Assembly (NCBI GenBank): GCA_016187035.1
Contig: JACPKL010000010.1
Span: 26,014 to 90,013, forward strand
Length of the DNA stretch: 64,000 nucleotides
Direction of reading: 5' to 3'
From: Candidatus Daviesbacteria bacterium
GTDB taxonomy: Bacteria > Patescibacteriota > Microgenomatia > Daviesbacterales > UBA10151
The notes below the pieces were generated by a model, which made no database searches, had not been told where the DNA came from, and saw nothing but the letters and a program-made list of their open reading frames with translations. Every line of letters starts with the position of its first letter. Position 1 is the stretch's first letter. This document shows, piece by piece, positions 10,095-19,629 of the stretch. Both the position numbers and the translations under genes were made by a program.

Positions 10095-10218
10095 CTCTTA
10101 TTGCTCTTTCCACTACTTGCTGTTCTTCTTTTGATTGTTTCCAAATAAAAAAACTTAGTGCTCCCAACCAAAGCGTTAAAATCCCTAATGCAAACGGGCC
10201 AACCCAATCCGAATACAT
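10087..10218 (-). pseudogene. 43-aa membrane ORF, probably an internally deleted DUF4446-like gene
   Basis: MYSDWVGPFALGILTLWLGALSFFIWKQ joined directly to SKEEQQVVERAIRDE*; stop overlaps the DUF3048 start. Confidence 0.45.
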
Positions 10219-10301
10219 AAGTTACTCTTTAACTATACCTAGCCCAAAAAAAATTGTCAATGATAACTCTATAAACCCATAGTTTTAGCTTCAACTAGTG
10301 C

Positions 10302-10341
10302 TTGACACGCACAATTGAACATGCTAGGCTCAATTGTGCGT
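10302..10341 (+). promoter_or_regulatory. sigma70 promoter whose -10 box lies inside a 12-bp perfect inverted repeat
   Basis: TTGACA 10302-10307, 17 bp, TGc-TAGGCT; arms acgcacaattga 10307-10318 and tcaattgtgcgt 10330-10341. Confidence 0.65.
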
Positions 10342-10352
10342 AAGGGAATTAC

Positions 10353-10649
10353 ATGGCTCTTCACCAGATTAAGAAACAATCAGATTTGGATAAACGATTA
10401 AAATTAATTCGTCAACAAATATATGGCAGAGAAACAGTATTAAGTAAAACTGGACTAACTTCGCAAAATCATTATCAAGCAGCAGTGGAAGACAAAAAAA
10501 ATGCTAAATACATGATATCTAATGTAGAAATAGGCAACTTTTATCAAGATCTTTTCAAAATCGGCATCTTTGCCAGTCTCGCAATAGGCAGCCAAGTTAT
10601 TCTATTTATCTTAATGAAAAATCACGTCTTGAATCTAAATTTCTTTTGA
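10353..10649 (+). CDS. hypothetical protein with C-terminal TM helix
   Basis: 98-aa ORF downstream of the predicted promoter; hydrophobic C-terminus. Confidence 0.65.
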   Translation: MALHQIKKQSDLDKRLKLIRQQIYGRETVLSKTGLTSQNHYQAAVEDKKNAKYMISNVEIGNFYQDLFKIGIFASLAIGSQVILFILMKNHVLNLNFF

Positions 10650-10669
10650 AGGGAGGTGAATTAATAGTT

Positions 10670-10807
10670 ATGCAAATGTATTGTGTTAAATGTAGACAAA
10701 AAAGAGATGCAACAAATGTACAAGAAGTTACCATGAAAAATGGCAAAAAAGCTTCAAAAGGTACTTGTCCAGTTTGTGGAACTTCAATGTTTAAGATTGG
10801 TGGTTAA
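10670..10807 (+). CDS. DUF5679-type small zinc-ribbon protein
   Basis: MQMYCVKCRQKRDATNVQEVTMKNGKKASKGTCPVCGTSMFKIGG*; GGGAGGTG SD; not in ORF track. Confidence 0.85.
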   Translation: MQMYCVKCRQKRDATNVQEVTMKNGKKASKGTCPVCGTSMFKIGG

Positions 10808-10843
10808 ATTTTGGTATTCTAAAGCTTTAGAATTCACCATCTT

Positions 10844-10873
10844 GAAAAAGGGTCTGAGTTCAGACCCTTTTTC
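10844..10873. terminator. bidirectional intrinsic terminator
   Basis: gaaaaagggtctga-gt-tcagaccctttttc between convergent genes. Confidence 0.85.
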
Positions 10874-10882
10874 GTTAATAAA

Positions 10883-12412
10883 TCATAAATCCTCTCTTGA
10901 TCTATATTGCAAAGCCTCTGCAATATGTTCAGTTAAAATACTCTCTGATGCTGATAAATCAGCAATCGTTCTTCCTAACTTTAGCACACGATGATAACCT
11001 CTAGCAGAAAGGTTCAAAGAAGATACCGCCATCTTCAAAAGTTCTAATCCTTCTTCAGTCACACTACAAAACTCTCTGATGCCAGCATTTGTCATTTCAG
11101 AATTAGTTAAAATTCTGCCTTTAAATCTTTCTTGTTGGATATCTCTTGCTAGTTTCACTCTTGCTCGAATATCTTTAGAACTTTCCATGGTTAGATGTGA
11201 AGACAGTTCATCTACTTCGACTGTCGGCACCTCCAAATAAATATCAATCCTGTCTAAAAGCGGTCCTGAGATTCTTCGTTTATATTTAGCAATTTGTCCA
11301 GGCATACAAGAACAATTCCTTCTTTTATCTCCCAAAAAACCACAAGGACAAGGATTTTGTGCAGCAAATAAAATAAATTGTGCAGGAAAAGTTAAAGAAC
11401 CTGATGAACGAGAAACGGTTATTTTATGATCTTCTAATGGTTGTCTTAAGGACTCTAAAACAGATCTGGGAAACTCTGGCAATTCGTCCAAAAAGAGTAT
11501 ACCTCGATGAGAAAGTGAAATCTCTCCAGGCCTAATTGTATTTCCACCACCTAACAACCCTGCTGCTGAAGCTGTGTGGTGAGGAGTCCTGAAAGGACGT
11601 TGACTAATCAGTGATTTCCCTGAATCTAATAAGCCAGCAATTGAATAAATTTTTGTAACTTCAATTGCCTCATCTAAACTTAAAGACGGCAAGATAGATG
11701 GAAACGCTCTAGCTAACATTGTTTTCCCTGCTCCTGGAGGACCTTTTAACAAAATATTATGCGCTCCAGCTGCAGCAATCTCCAAAGCTCTTTTTGCTTG
11801 CTCTTGACCTTTTATTTGAGAGAAATCATATTCATATTCATCAGTTTCATTGATATTAAGAATATTTCCTTTAATTGGTTCAATATCTAATTGACCTAGT
11901 AAAAATTTAATTAAATCTTGTAAGGAATTAACAGGTAACACTTCCAATCCTCCAATTATACTGGCTTCAACAGCATTATCTTTTGGGACTATTATCCTTT
12001 TTATTTTTCTATTCTTCGCCAAAATTGCCAACGGTAAAATTCCATTAGTTCTCCTTAAAGTTCCATCTAATGACAATTCTCCTATTACTAAACTATTTTG
12101 GATGTCATCGATTTGATTCAGCGGTATTTGCCCAGAAGCAGTTAGAATCCCTAGGGCAATCGGCAAATCGTAAGCTGGTCCTTCTTTTGGTAAATCAGCC
12201 GGAGCCAAATTAACAGTTATCTTTTTAGACGGAAAGTCAGCTTTACAGTTTCTTATTGCAGATCTAACTCTATCTCTACTCTCTTCCACAGCTCTATCAG
12301 CTAATCCAACAATGGTAAAAGAAGGCAACCCAGATGAAGCAATATCTACTTCGCAAACTACAGGCACTGTATCCAATCCTATATTAGCCCCAGAAAGAAC
12401 CTTGGAAAACAT
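10883..12412 (-). CDS. comM: YifB/ComM Mg-chelatase-like AAA+ ATPase
   Basis: NLAPADLPKEG, GPPGAGKT, PFRTPHH, LFLDELPEF, NPCPCG. Confidence 0.95.
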   Translation of the reverse strand: MFSKVLSGANIGLDTVPVVCEVDIASSGLPSFTIVGLADRAVEESRDRVRSAIRNCKADFPSKKITVNLAPADLPKEGPAYDLPIALGILTASGQIPLNQIDDIQNSLVIGELSLDGTLRRTNGILPLAILAKNRKIKRIIVPKDNAVEASIIGGLEVLPVNSLQDLIKFLLGQLDIEPIKGNILNINETDEYEYDFSQIKGQEQAKRALEIAAAGAHNILLKGPPGAGKTMLARAFPSILPSLSLDEAIEVTKIYSIAGLLDSGKSLISQRPFRTPHHTASAAGLLGGGNTIRPGEISLSHRGILFLDELPEFPRSVLESLRQPLEDHKITVSRSSGSLTFPAQFILFAAQNPCPCGFLGDKRRNCSCMPGQIAKYKRRISGPLLDRIDIYLEVPTVEVDELSSHLTMESSKDIRARVKLARDIQQERFKGRILTNSEMTNAGIREFCSVTEEGLELLKMAVSSLNLSARGYHRVLKLGRTIADLSASESILTEHIAEALQYRSREDL

Positions 12413-12446
12413 TGATAGTAAGACTATTATATAGTAAAATATAGCG

Positions 12447-12713
12447 GCCTAGGAAGAAGGATGATTATCCCGCACTAAATTGATGAGGGAAGGAAAGTCC
12501 AGACAGCGTAGAGTAGGGTGGTTACTGCAAGGTAACGGTCGCAAGATCCAGTTAGAGCAACAGTGACGAACCGAGGTTATGCTCGGGTGAAACGTGGCAA
12601 TCCTCCCCGCTGCAATCCTAGAACCGACAGGACTACTCGTCCATTTGTCGAAGTAAGGAGCATTAGATAAATTATCATCTTGTAACAGAATCTGGCTTAC
12701 TATCTTCCTAGGC
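12447..12713 (+). ncRNA. rnpB: RNase P RNA, minimal (~267 nt)
   Basis: P1 gcctaggaaga/tcttcctaggc; CR-I AGGAAAGUCCAG; CR-V ACAGAAUCUGGCUUA; GCAACAG and GGGUGAAACG elements. Confidence 0.95.
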
Positions 12714-12714
12714 A

Positions 12715-13683
12715 CTAAACCTTCTTTCCTTCAATTATTTCATTTACGACAATATATGCAACCACAGCAATAGGTACTGCCAATAATGCTCCCATGAACC
12801 CTAAAAGCCTTGAACCTATTGCGATTGCTAAAATCACAACTAGAGGATTTAATCCCACAGCCCTTTTCATCACCTGGGGGACAATCAAATGGTTTTCCAA
12901 CTGTTGAATTACGAAATACATAGCTGTTGTGCCTATACCCAAGATAGGGGAAATTGTTAATGCTATTAAAATCGTTGGTATTGCTGAAATAATTGGACCA
13001 ATTACCGGAACTACTTCCAAAACTCCTGCAACTACTGCTAGAGGCAAGGCGTATGGAATTCCTAGAATCAATAGTCCAATATAAGTTAATATACCAATAA
13101 CCAAACTTAAGAATAACTGTCCCCTAAACCAACCACCTAGCTTTTCCTCTATTTGAATTATCAATCTTTTAATCCTTACCTCTTTCCCTATAAATAAAGC
13201 GGCAGACCGATCTTCTAAATTTTCTCGCTCTAACATTAGATAGAAGGTTAAAACAAGAAGAAATATAATTGTTAAGAGATTATCAAATATAGAAAGTGTA
13301 ATAGATAAAGCACTTTTTGATAAAGCGCTTAATTGCGCTTGAAGAACTGATTTATCTATTGCTGCCATTTCAAGCAACTGATCTAGATATGGAGGAAGAG
13401 TCAAAAAAAGTTTCCTGGTTTCTTCTAACAGAGGAGGTATCACAAGCACCAGCAACCCTGAGACTAAGGCTATAATAATAATGTAGGTTATAGCAATACT
13501 TAATGATTTAGGAACTCTATATTTAGTCAAAAACTTAACCAAAGGAGATAAAGCAGACATTAAGATTACTGCTATGAATAAAATAATTAGTAAATCCCTA
13601 ATTAAATAGATTAACCAAATACCCAATACGAACACGGCAATAAAAATAACCGTCTTATGAGAAACATCAATCTTTTGCGCCAT
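12715..13683 (-). CDS. AI-2E family transporter
   Basis: QQLENHLIVPQVM...GLNP, GALLAVP; multi-TM. Confidence 0.92.
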   Translation of the reverse strand: MAQKIDVSHKTVIFIAVFVLGIWLIYLIRDLLIILFIAVILMSALSPLVKFLTKYRVPKSLSIAITYIIIIALVSGLLVLVIPPLLEETRKLFLTLPPYLDQLLEMAAIDKSVLQAQLSALSKSALSITLSIFDNLLTIIFLLVLTFYLMLERENLEDRSAALFIGKEVRIKRLIIQIEEKLGGWFRGQLFLSLVIGILTYIGLLILGIPYALPLAVVAGVLEVVPVIGPIISAIPTILIALTISPILGIGTTAMYFVIQQLENHLIVPQVMKRAVGLNPLVVILAIAIGSRLLGFMGALLAVPIAVVAYIVVNEIIEGKKV

Positions 13684-13689
13684 AGATAT

Positions 13690-14670
13690 TTAAAAAGAAT
13701 CATACCATGAGCGTACTAATTTTTCTATCTTATTCAAATAATTCAAATCTGTAATATCAAACCAATTTACATCTTTTTCTTTTTTAAACCATGTCATTTG
13801 TCTACGAATATAATCATGAATCTTCAATTGTAAAACTTTAATAAGTTCATCCTGAGTCTGAATTCTTCCCTCTAAATAATCAGCTAAAACTCCATATTCT
13901 AACCCTAGTTGTTTCATCCTATCTAAACTCAAACCATTTTTATGAAGATTTTCCGATTCTTCAATCATTCCTAGCTTAATTCTACCCACTACATGCTTAT
14001 CCGACCTTTGGTATAAAATTTCCCTATCAGTAATTAATCCAATTTTTAAAGTATTATAGTTTTGAGATTTGAATTGTAGTTTTGAGTTTTGACATTTGAG
14101 TTTTGAGTTTATCATTATCTCTATTGCTCTGATCAATCTTCTGGGATTTTGCCTATCAGATATATTAAGACTATTCCATTTATCAGGAGAGATATCCTGC
14201 AGTTTTTGTTGTAACTTCTTTACTTTTAAATCGTTTAATTGTTTTCTTAAGTTTTGATCAATAGGTATTGATAAATTAGGCAAACCTTCTAATAATGCTT
14301 TAAGATATAATCCAGTGCCCCCTGCTATTATAGGTAACTTTCTTCTATTAAGAATTCCAAAGATTACTTTATTGGCATCTTTAATATAATCATAAACTGT
14401 ATATTGTTTTTTAGGAACCACCACATCATACTGCCAGATCTTGACCCCCTCCACCTCCCACCTCCCTTTACTTTTTTCCACTCTTAACTGTTTATTGCGT
14501 AAGCAACAAACTTGTTTATTTGGCATTTTCCCTGTACCAAGATCCAATCCCATATAAACCTGCCTTGAATCACAAGAGATTACCTCTCCATCAAACCTTT
14601 TAGCTAAGTATAAAGCTAGATCTGTCTTACCTGTTGAAGTAGGCCCTAAAATTATTAATAATTTTCCCAT
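13690..14670 (-). CDS. miaA: tRNA dimethylallyltransferase
   Basis: GPTSTGKT, DSRQVY, GGTGLY, RRQMTWF. Confidence 0.95.
   Translation of the reverse strand: MGKLLIILGPTSTGKTDLALYLAKRFDGEVISCDSRQVYMGLDLGTGKMPNKQVCCLRNKQLRVEKSKGRWEVEGVKIWQYDVVVPKKQYTVYDYIKDANKVIFGILNRRKLPIIAGGTGLYLKALLEGLPNLSIPIDQNLRKQLNDLKVKKLQQKLQDISPDKWNSLNISDRQNPRRLIRAIEIMINSKLKCQNSKLQFKSQNYNTLKIGLITDREILYQRSDKHVVGRIKLGMIEESENLHKNGLSLDRMKQLGLEYGVLADYLEGRIQTQDELIKVLQLKIHDYIRRQMTWFKKEKDVNWFDITDLNYLNKIEKLVRSWYDSF
14059..14110. repeat. heptamer tandem repeat (gttttga)n in frame in miaA
   Basis: gttttga gatttga attgta gttttga gttttga catttga gttttga; encodes NSKLKCQNSKLQFKSQN. Confidence 0.75.
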
Positions 14671-14684
14671 GAATGTATTATCCT

Positions 14685-15845
14685 TTAAAGAACGTGTCCA
14701 TTTTGAATAAAGATTAGCGAAAGAATTATTAGTAGAACAGAGGACAGCAATATCCAGATATAAAGAAATATCTTATTGTTTGAAAATATGGCTAAAACTA
14801 AATACATAGGAAATAAAGTCAATATATACCTCATCATACATATCCAAAAACTCATTGAATAATAAAAAAACAAATTAATGATCATAAATAATCCATAACT
14901 TATTCTTACTTTTACTAAAACATAGATAGACATAAATAATCCCAAAATAAAAGCTATGATTTGTCCATAACCTAACATAAGTCTATCTATGCCAGAACGC
15001 CAGGATATTGCTTTAAATGCATCTATTAATCCCTGTCCAAACGGAGAAAATCTTTCATACCAATGTTGATTTTGTATGATTGTAAAATAGAAAAAGTTTC
15101 CCCAAAGGTAATAATTAATAGTTAAATAGACTAAGAATCCTGATAAAGAAATCAATAGACCAAATAATAAGATATGCTTATTATTTCGTAATGAAACATT
15201 TAAATAATTAAAAATATTCTTTTTCAAACTACCTTTGTTAAAAATTATTATTTCTAAAAATAAAGCTGGAATCAATGCTAACCCCGCTATTTTAGTTGCA
15301 GAAGCTAACCCTGCACAAATAAAGCTTAACCAGTATCGCTGTCTCCTTACAAAATAAAATGAACTAACAGTCAATGAAATAAATAATGGTTCTGTATATG
15401 GAATGTGAAGAAAAAAAGAGGTAGGAAATATAAATAACATTAAGATAGTCATATTTGCAACTCTTTTTGGGTAATCAATTAAAACCAATTTGTAAAGTAC
15501 AATCGACAGCAATATCGAAAACATAAATGAAGAAAGATATCCAGAAACTAAATAATTTACATTGAACAAAAACTTTAGTAAAAAAATTGATAAAGGAAAG
15601 AGAGGTAAAAGAATAATAAAATTAGCCTCATCTCCTAACTTTTGATATCCAAATTCTGCTACAGATATATAATGAGGCGCATCCCAAACATTCCATAATT
15701 GCCAAATATTTAAATTAGAAGCCCTAGAATTAACAATTAAATTCGTTGATAATTCTGCAATTATAAAGAGAACTATTATTTTGCTAATTAGGGCAATTAG
15801 AATAGGTATATAATATTGTTTGATAAATTGATATAAAACACTCAT
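14685..15845 (-). CDS. GT-C glycosyltransferase (PIG-V-like mannosyltransferase)
   Basis: WDAPHYISVAEFGY, FPTSFFL..PYTEPLF; multi-TM. Confidence 0.8.
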   Translation of the reverse strand: MSVLYQFIKQYYIPILIALISKIIVLFIIAELSTNLIVNSRASNLNIWQLWNVWDAPHYISVAEFGYQKLGDEANFIILLPLFPLSIFLLKFLFNVNYLVSGYLSSFMFSILLSIVLYKLVLIDYPKRVANMTILMLFIFPTSFFLHIPYTEPLFISLTVSSFYFVRRQRYWLSFICAGLASATKIAGLALIPALFLEIIIFNKGSLKKNIFNYLNVSLRNNKHILLFGLLISLSGFLVYLTINYYLWGNFFYFTIIQNQHWYERFSPFGQGLIDAFKAISWRSGIDRLMLGYGQIIAFILGLFMSIYVLVKVRISYGLFMIINLFFYYSMSFWICMMRYILTLFPMYLVLAIFSNNKIFLYIWILLSSVLLIILSLIFIQNGHVL

Positions 15846-17093
15846 ATGAGACTTAATAATAAGTTATTATACCCTTCTATTATCTTTTTCTTAAGTTTTT
15901 CCTTTTATTTTATTTTCGCTGGCAGGTTTAAGTTCGTTTTTCCCACTACCATCTATAATTACTTCAATTTTCTGTCAGAAGCTTTTTTGCACAAAAGTCT
16001 TTCTTTCGTCTCCAGACCTCCTTATTTACATGACCTAATAACTTTTAATAGTAGAATCTATGTATATTGGGGACCAGCACCAGTACTGGTGATAATTCCA
16101 TTTATTATCTTTTTCGGCAGAGAAGTTAGTGATGCTTTATATACATCTTTTATTGCTTCTTTTAATCCGTTAATTTTGTATTTTCTATTACAGCAATTAG
16201 AAAAAATCACTTTGATTAAAACTTCTAATTTCCAAAAATTTATTCTGTGCATTTTTTTTGCATTTGGTACGGTTCATTTTTATTTGTCAATCTTTGGAAC
16301 GGTTTGGTTTACTTCACAAGTTATTTCCATATTTTATTTATTACTGAGTTTACTGAGTATAACAAGATATTCAGATTCAAAAAATTTTATCACTTTACTT
16401 ATTGCAACAATGCTTTTTGGATTAGCCGTAAACGGTCGTTCAGCATTAATATTTTATACACCTCTATTTCTATCTTTATTAATAATCCCTTATCTTATCA
16501 ACAAACATTTTTGCCAACTTGCAAAACATATCATTCTTGTTATGTTTATAGGAATTATCTTCTTGACTGTAAACGCGTTTTATAATTATTTAAGATTTGG
16601 CTCTTTTTTTGAAAATGGCTATCGCTTTCACCGTTTTGCTGCTCATCTAGCCAATGATCAAAAAAGATACGGCTTTTTTAATTTATCCTATGTGCCTAAG
16701 AACTTTTATTACATGTTTACCAACTTTCCTAAACTGGTCGATAAATTCCCTTTCTTTCTATTTGACAAAGAAGGTAATAGCGTATTATTTACTTCACCTT
16801 TAGTTTTGATATCTATTTTTATTGTTAAGAGAAAACATTGGCAAAATAATAAATTAAAATTAATTAATTCCTCAATCCTGATAGGAATGTTATTAACAAT
16901 TGTACTGTTATTATACTTTTGGGGAACAGGATGGGTACAATTTGGTTATAGATACTTGCTAGATATCATACCATTCTTAATCATCCTGCTCGCTGAAGTT
17001 ATCTCTGAAGTTCCCATCATATTAACAATAATCTTATTGACAATATCTATATTAATCAATATTTTAGGAACCTTTTGGTTCCTAAACCTTTAA
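15846..17093 (+). CDS. GT-C-like polytopic membrane protein
   Basis: Multi-TM; HDL...YVYWGP and GWVQFGYRYLLD motifs. Confidence 0.65.
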   Translation: MRLNNKLLYPSIIFFLSFSFYFIFAGRFKFVFPTTIYNYFNFLSEAFLHKSLSFVSRPPYLHDLITFNSRIYVYWGPAPVLVIIPFIIFFGREVSDALYTSFIASFNPLILYFLLQQLEKITLIKTSNFQKFILCIFFAFGTVHFYLSIFGTVWFTSQVISIFYLLLSLLSITRYSDSKNFITLLIATMLFGLAVNGRSALIFYTPLFLSLLIIPYLINKHFCQLAKHIILVMFIGIIFLTVNAFYNYLRFGSFFENGYRFHRFAAHLANDQKRYGFFNLSYVPKNFYYMFTNFPKLVDKFPFFLFDKEGNSVLFTSPLVLISIFIVKRKHWQNNKLKLINSSILIGMLLTIVLLLYFWGTGWVQFGYRYLLDIIPFLIILLAEVISEVPIILTIILLTISILINILGTFWFLNL

Positions 17094-17097
17094 TCAA

Positions 17098-18351
17098 ATG
17101 TTTATTAAAAGACTTAAACTATTAAATGAAAGGATATTTTGGATTCTAATTTTAATAATTTTGATTAGAGTTCTTTTAGTTTTATTACCTAGTTTCAGAA
17201 TCGATATGACAGATTGGCAAGCATGGACCCAACGACTTGTTCAATTAACTCCTCTTCGGTTTTATTCACCAGATTATTTCTCAGATTACTTCCCTGGTTA
17301 TTTGTATATACTCTGGTTTTTAGGTCTATTTTTTAAAGTATTGTTTCCGCATCTTTCTTTATTCAGCTTTGGATTTGAAATTTATTTGAAATTGCTTACT
17401 AATATCTTTGATTTGGCAACTGCTTATTATATTTATAAAATTATTTCTAGATATAAAAAAGGTCTTGGAATCTCTTCTGCTATTTTTTATTTGATCAATC
17501 CTGCATTAACTTTTAATTCTTCTGTCTGGGGACAAGTTGATGGAATTTTAACTTTTTTCTTAGTTTATTCTTCTTACTGTTTATTGGAACTTAAAAAAAT
17601 CTACCGATTTAGTATCTCTTTCGCTCTGTCTAGTCTGGTCAAACCCCAAGGGACAGCAATATTTCCTATAATGCTGACATATCTAATTACTAATTATAGG
17701 TTTTCAAAATACCTTAGTTTATTAATCATACCCTTATGCTTAATGCTTTTATCTTTACCTTTCTTTTTGAAAGATCCAATATTTGGTCTTTTTCACCTTT
17801 TTCAAAAAAGCACAAGTACATATCCTTATACTTCGATGTTTTCATATAATTTTTGGTCTTTTGCAGGATGGTGGATTCCTGATTCTCACAGTTTCTTAAA
17901 TATACCTTATCGTACTTGGGGAATAATTATCTACTTGTTTTTCTTAATTCTAATTTTATTCCCACTTACTTTCAAAAAGGGTTATAAAAAAAATTCTTTA
18001 GTTTATTTTGCCATATCATTAGCAATTTTTGCTTTCTTCCTCTTTCTAACCAGAATACATCAACGCTATTTATATCCCTTCTTTGCCTTTTTGCTAATTA
18101 CGGCTTTTATTCATAATTCTTTGAGACTTAAGGCCATTTACATCATCTTATCGTTAATCCACTTTATTAACCTATGGTATGTTTACTATTACTATAATTT
18201 TGTATACCCCAATCAACAATTTGCTTCTTTATTTATTTATCAGTTACTAAATCAGTCTTATAACCTTTTTACTTTGTTAAATTTGATTGGTTTTGGAGTA
18301 TTATTGTTAGTATATTATAGATCGAGCTACTCTATAAAAAATTCTAAATAA
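17098..18351 (+). CDS. GT-C glycosyltransferase (PIG-M/GT87-like)
   Basis: DYFPGYLY, NSSVWGQVD, KPQ, TRIHQRY. Confidence 0.75.
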   Translation: MFIKRLKLLNERIFWILILIILIRVLLVLLPSFRIDMTDWQAWTQRLVQLTPLRFYSPDYFSDYFPGYLYILWFLGLFFKVLFPHLSLFSFGFEIYLKLLTNIFDLATAYYIYKIISRYKKGLGISSAIFYLINPALTFNSSVWGQVDGILTFFLVYSSYCLLELKKIYRFSISFALSSLVKPQGTAIFPIMLTYLITNYRFSKYLSLLIIPLCLMLLSLPFFLKDPIFGLFHLFQKSTSTYPYTSMFSYNFWSFAGWWIPDSHSFLNIPYRTWGIIIYLFFLILILFPLTFKKGYKKNSLVYFAISLAIFAFFLFLTRIHQRYLYPFFAFLLITAFIHNSLRLKAIYIILSLIHFINLWYVYYYYNFVYPNQQFASLFIYQLLNQSYNLFTLLNLIGFGVLLLVYYRSSYSIKNSK

Positions 18352-18354
18352 TTT

Positions 18355-19569
18355 ATGATTAAATCATATCTAAAACCAAAGAATATATTAATCGTAATTT
18401 TACTTTTAACAGCCTTCTTACGATTGTATCGTCTAGATTATCCAAAAAATTACGTCTTTGATGAAGTTTATCATGCTTATACAGCCAAAGAATATTTAAA
18501 AGGTAATAAGGAGGCTTGGAGTCCTTGGGGTAAATCTCCTCCCGGGGTAGCTTTTGAATGGCTGCATCCACCTATAGCTAAGGAATTAATGACATCTTCA
18601 ATGTTTTTATTTAACAGCACAGATGGTTGGGCTTGGAGGTTACCTGGTGTACTTCTCGGGATTTTTGCTGTATTCCTAGTTTATCAACTTGCTCTACTTC
18701 TTTTAAAGAATCAGAATTCTGCTTTAATCTCTGCCTTTATTTTTTCTATAGATGGATTAGTGTTTGTTCAATCCAGAACCGGAATGAATGACGCTTATTT
18801 AGTAGCTTTTATTTTAATCAGTACCATCTTTTTTGTTAAGGAAAGGTTTATACTGTCTGCTCTTTTCATGGGAGTTGCTATAGCCACAAAATGGTCTGGA
18901 ATTTATTTATCATTAATGTATTTTCCAATCCTTTTATACCAGCGCCAATTTAGTAAATTAATATATTTCATTTTAATACCTCCTATCATATATCTAATCA
19001 GTTATACGCCTTACTTTTTAATCGGCTATAAGGTAAGTGATTTTATTGAATTACATCGACAAATATGGTGGTATCAGACACATCTTAAAGCGACTCATGC
19101 ATACTCCTCTCCTTGGTGGTCTTGGCCGCTAAATCTTTATCCTATTTGGTATTTTGTAGATTATCAAAAAAATACTATCGCAAATATTTTTGCTTCGGGC
19201 AATCCAGCTGTTTTTGGAATTGGAAGCATATCTGTAATTCTCACCGCTATTCAAACATTTCAAAAAAAACTATTCAATCTAGTATTAATAGTCCTTGGAT
19301 TTTTAGTTTTTTGGCTGCCTTGGGCGTTTTCTCCAAGAATAATGTTCCTCTATCACCTTAGTCCATCTGTTCCATTCTTAGCGCTATCTTTAGGTCATCA
19401 ACTTGGCTCAAGATTATCAGATAAAAAAGGCCGCCAATTAGTAGTAATCCTATTAATTCTGATGTTAATAAATTTTGTTTTGTTTTTCCCTTTTCTAACT
19501 GGCATACACATTCCTAGAAATTTTATAAATCTTTTTTTTGCTACCAACTTTTCTAAAAATCCTTTTTAA
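18355..19569 (+). CDS. protein O-mannosyltransferase (PMT/GT39)
   Basis: VFDEVYH, HPPIAKE, WRLP, QSRTGMND, ATKWSG, HAYSSPWWSWP, GNP. Confidence 0.88.
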   Translation: MIKSYLKPKNILIVILLLTAFLRLYRLDYPKNYVFDEVYHAYTAKEYLKGNKEAWSPWGKSPPGVAFEWLHPPIAKELMTSSMFLFNSTDGWAWRLPGVLLGIFAVFLVYQLALLLLKNQNSALISAFIFSIDGLVFVQSRTGMNDAYLVAFILISTIFFVKERFILSALFMGVAIATKWSGIYLSLMYFPILLYQRQFSKLIYFILIPPIIYLISYTPYFLIGYKVSDFIELHRQIWWYQTHLKATHAYSSPWWSWPLNLYPIWYFVDYQKNTIANIFASGNPAVFGIGSISVILTAIQTFQKKLFNLVLIVLGFLVFWLPWAFSPRIMFLYHLSPSVPFLALSLGHQLGSRLSDKKGRQLVVILLILMLINFVLFFPFLTGIHIPRNFINLFFATNFSKNPF

Positions 19570-19629
19570 GAATCGGGTGAAAGGTTATTTGGATCTTTTA
19601 GACCGAAGGTCACAAGAACCTGTAGGCCC

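Noticed and set aside
10740..10994. 84-aa plus-strand ORF
   Set aside because: Alternative frame of the DUF5679 gene that runs through a terminator and antisense into comM.
12449..12715. 88-aa minus-strand ORF
   Set aside because: Antisense to the RNase P RNA gene.
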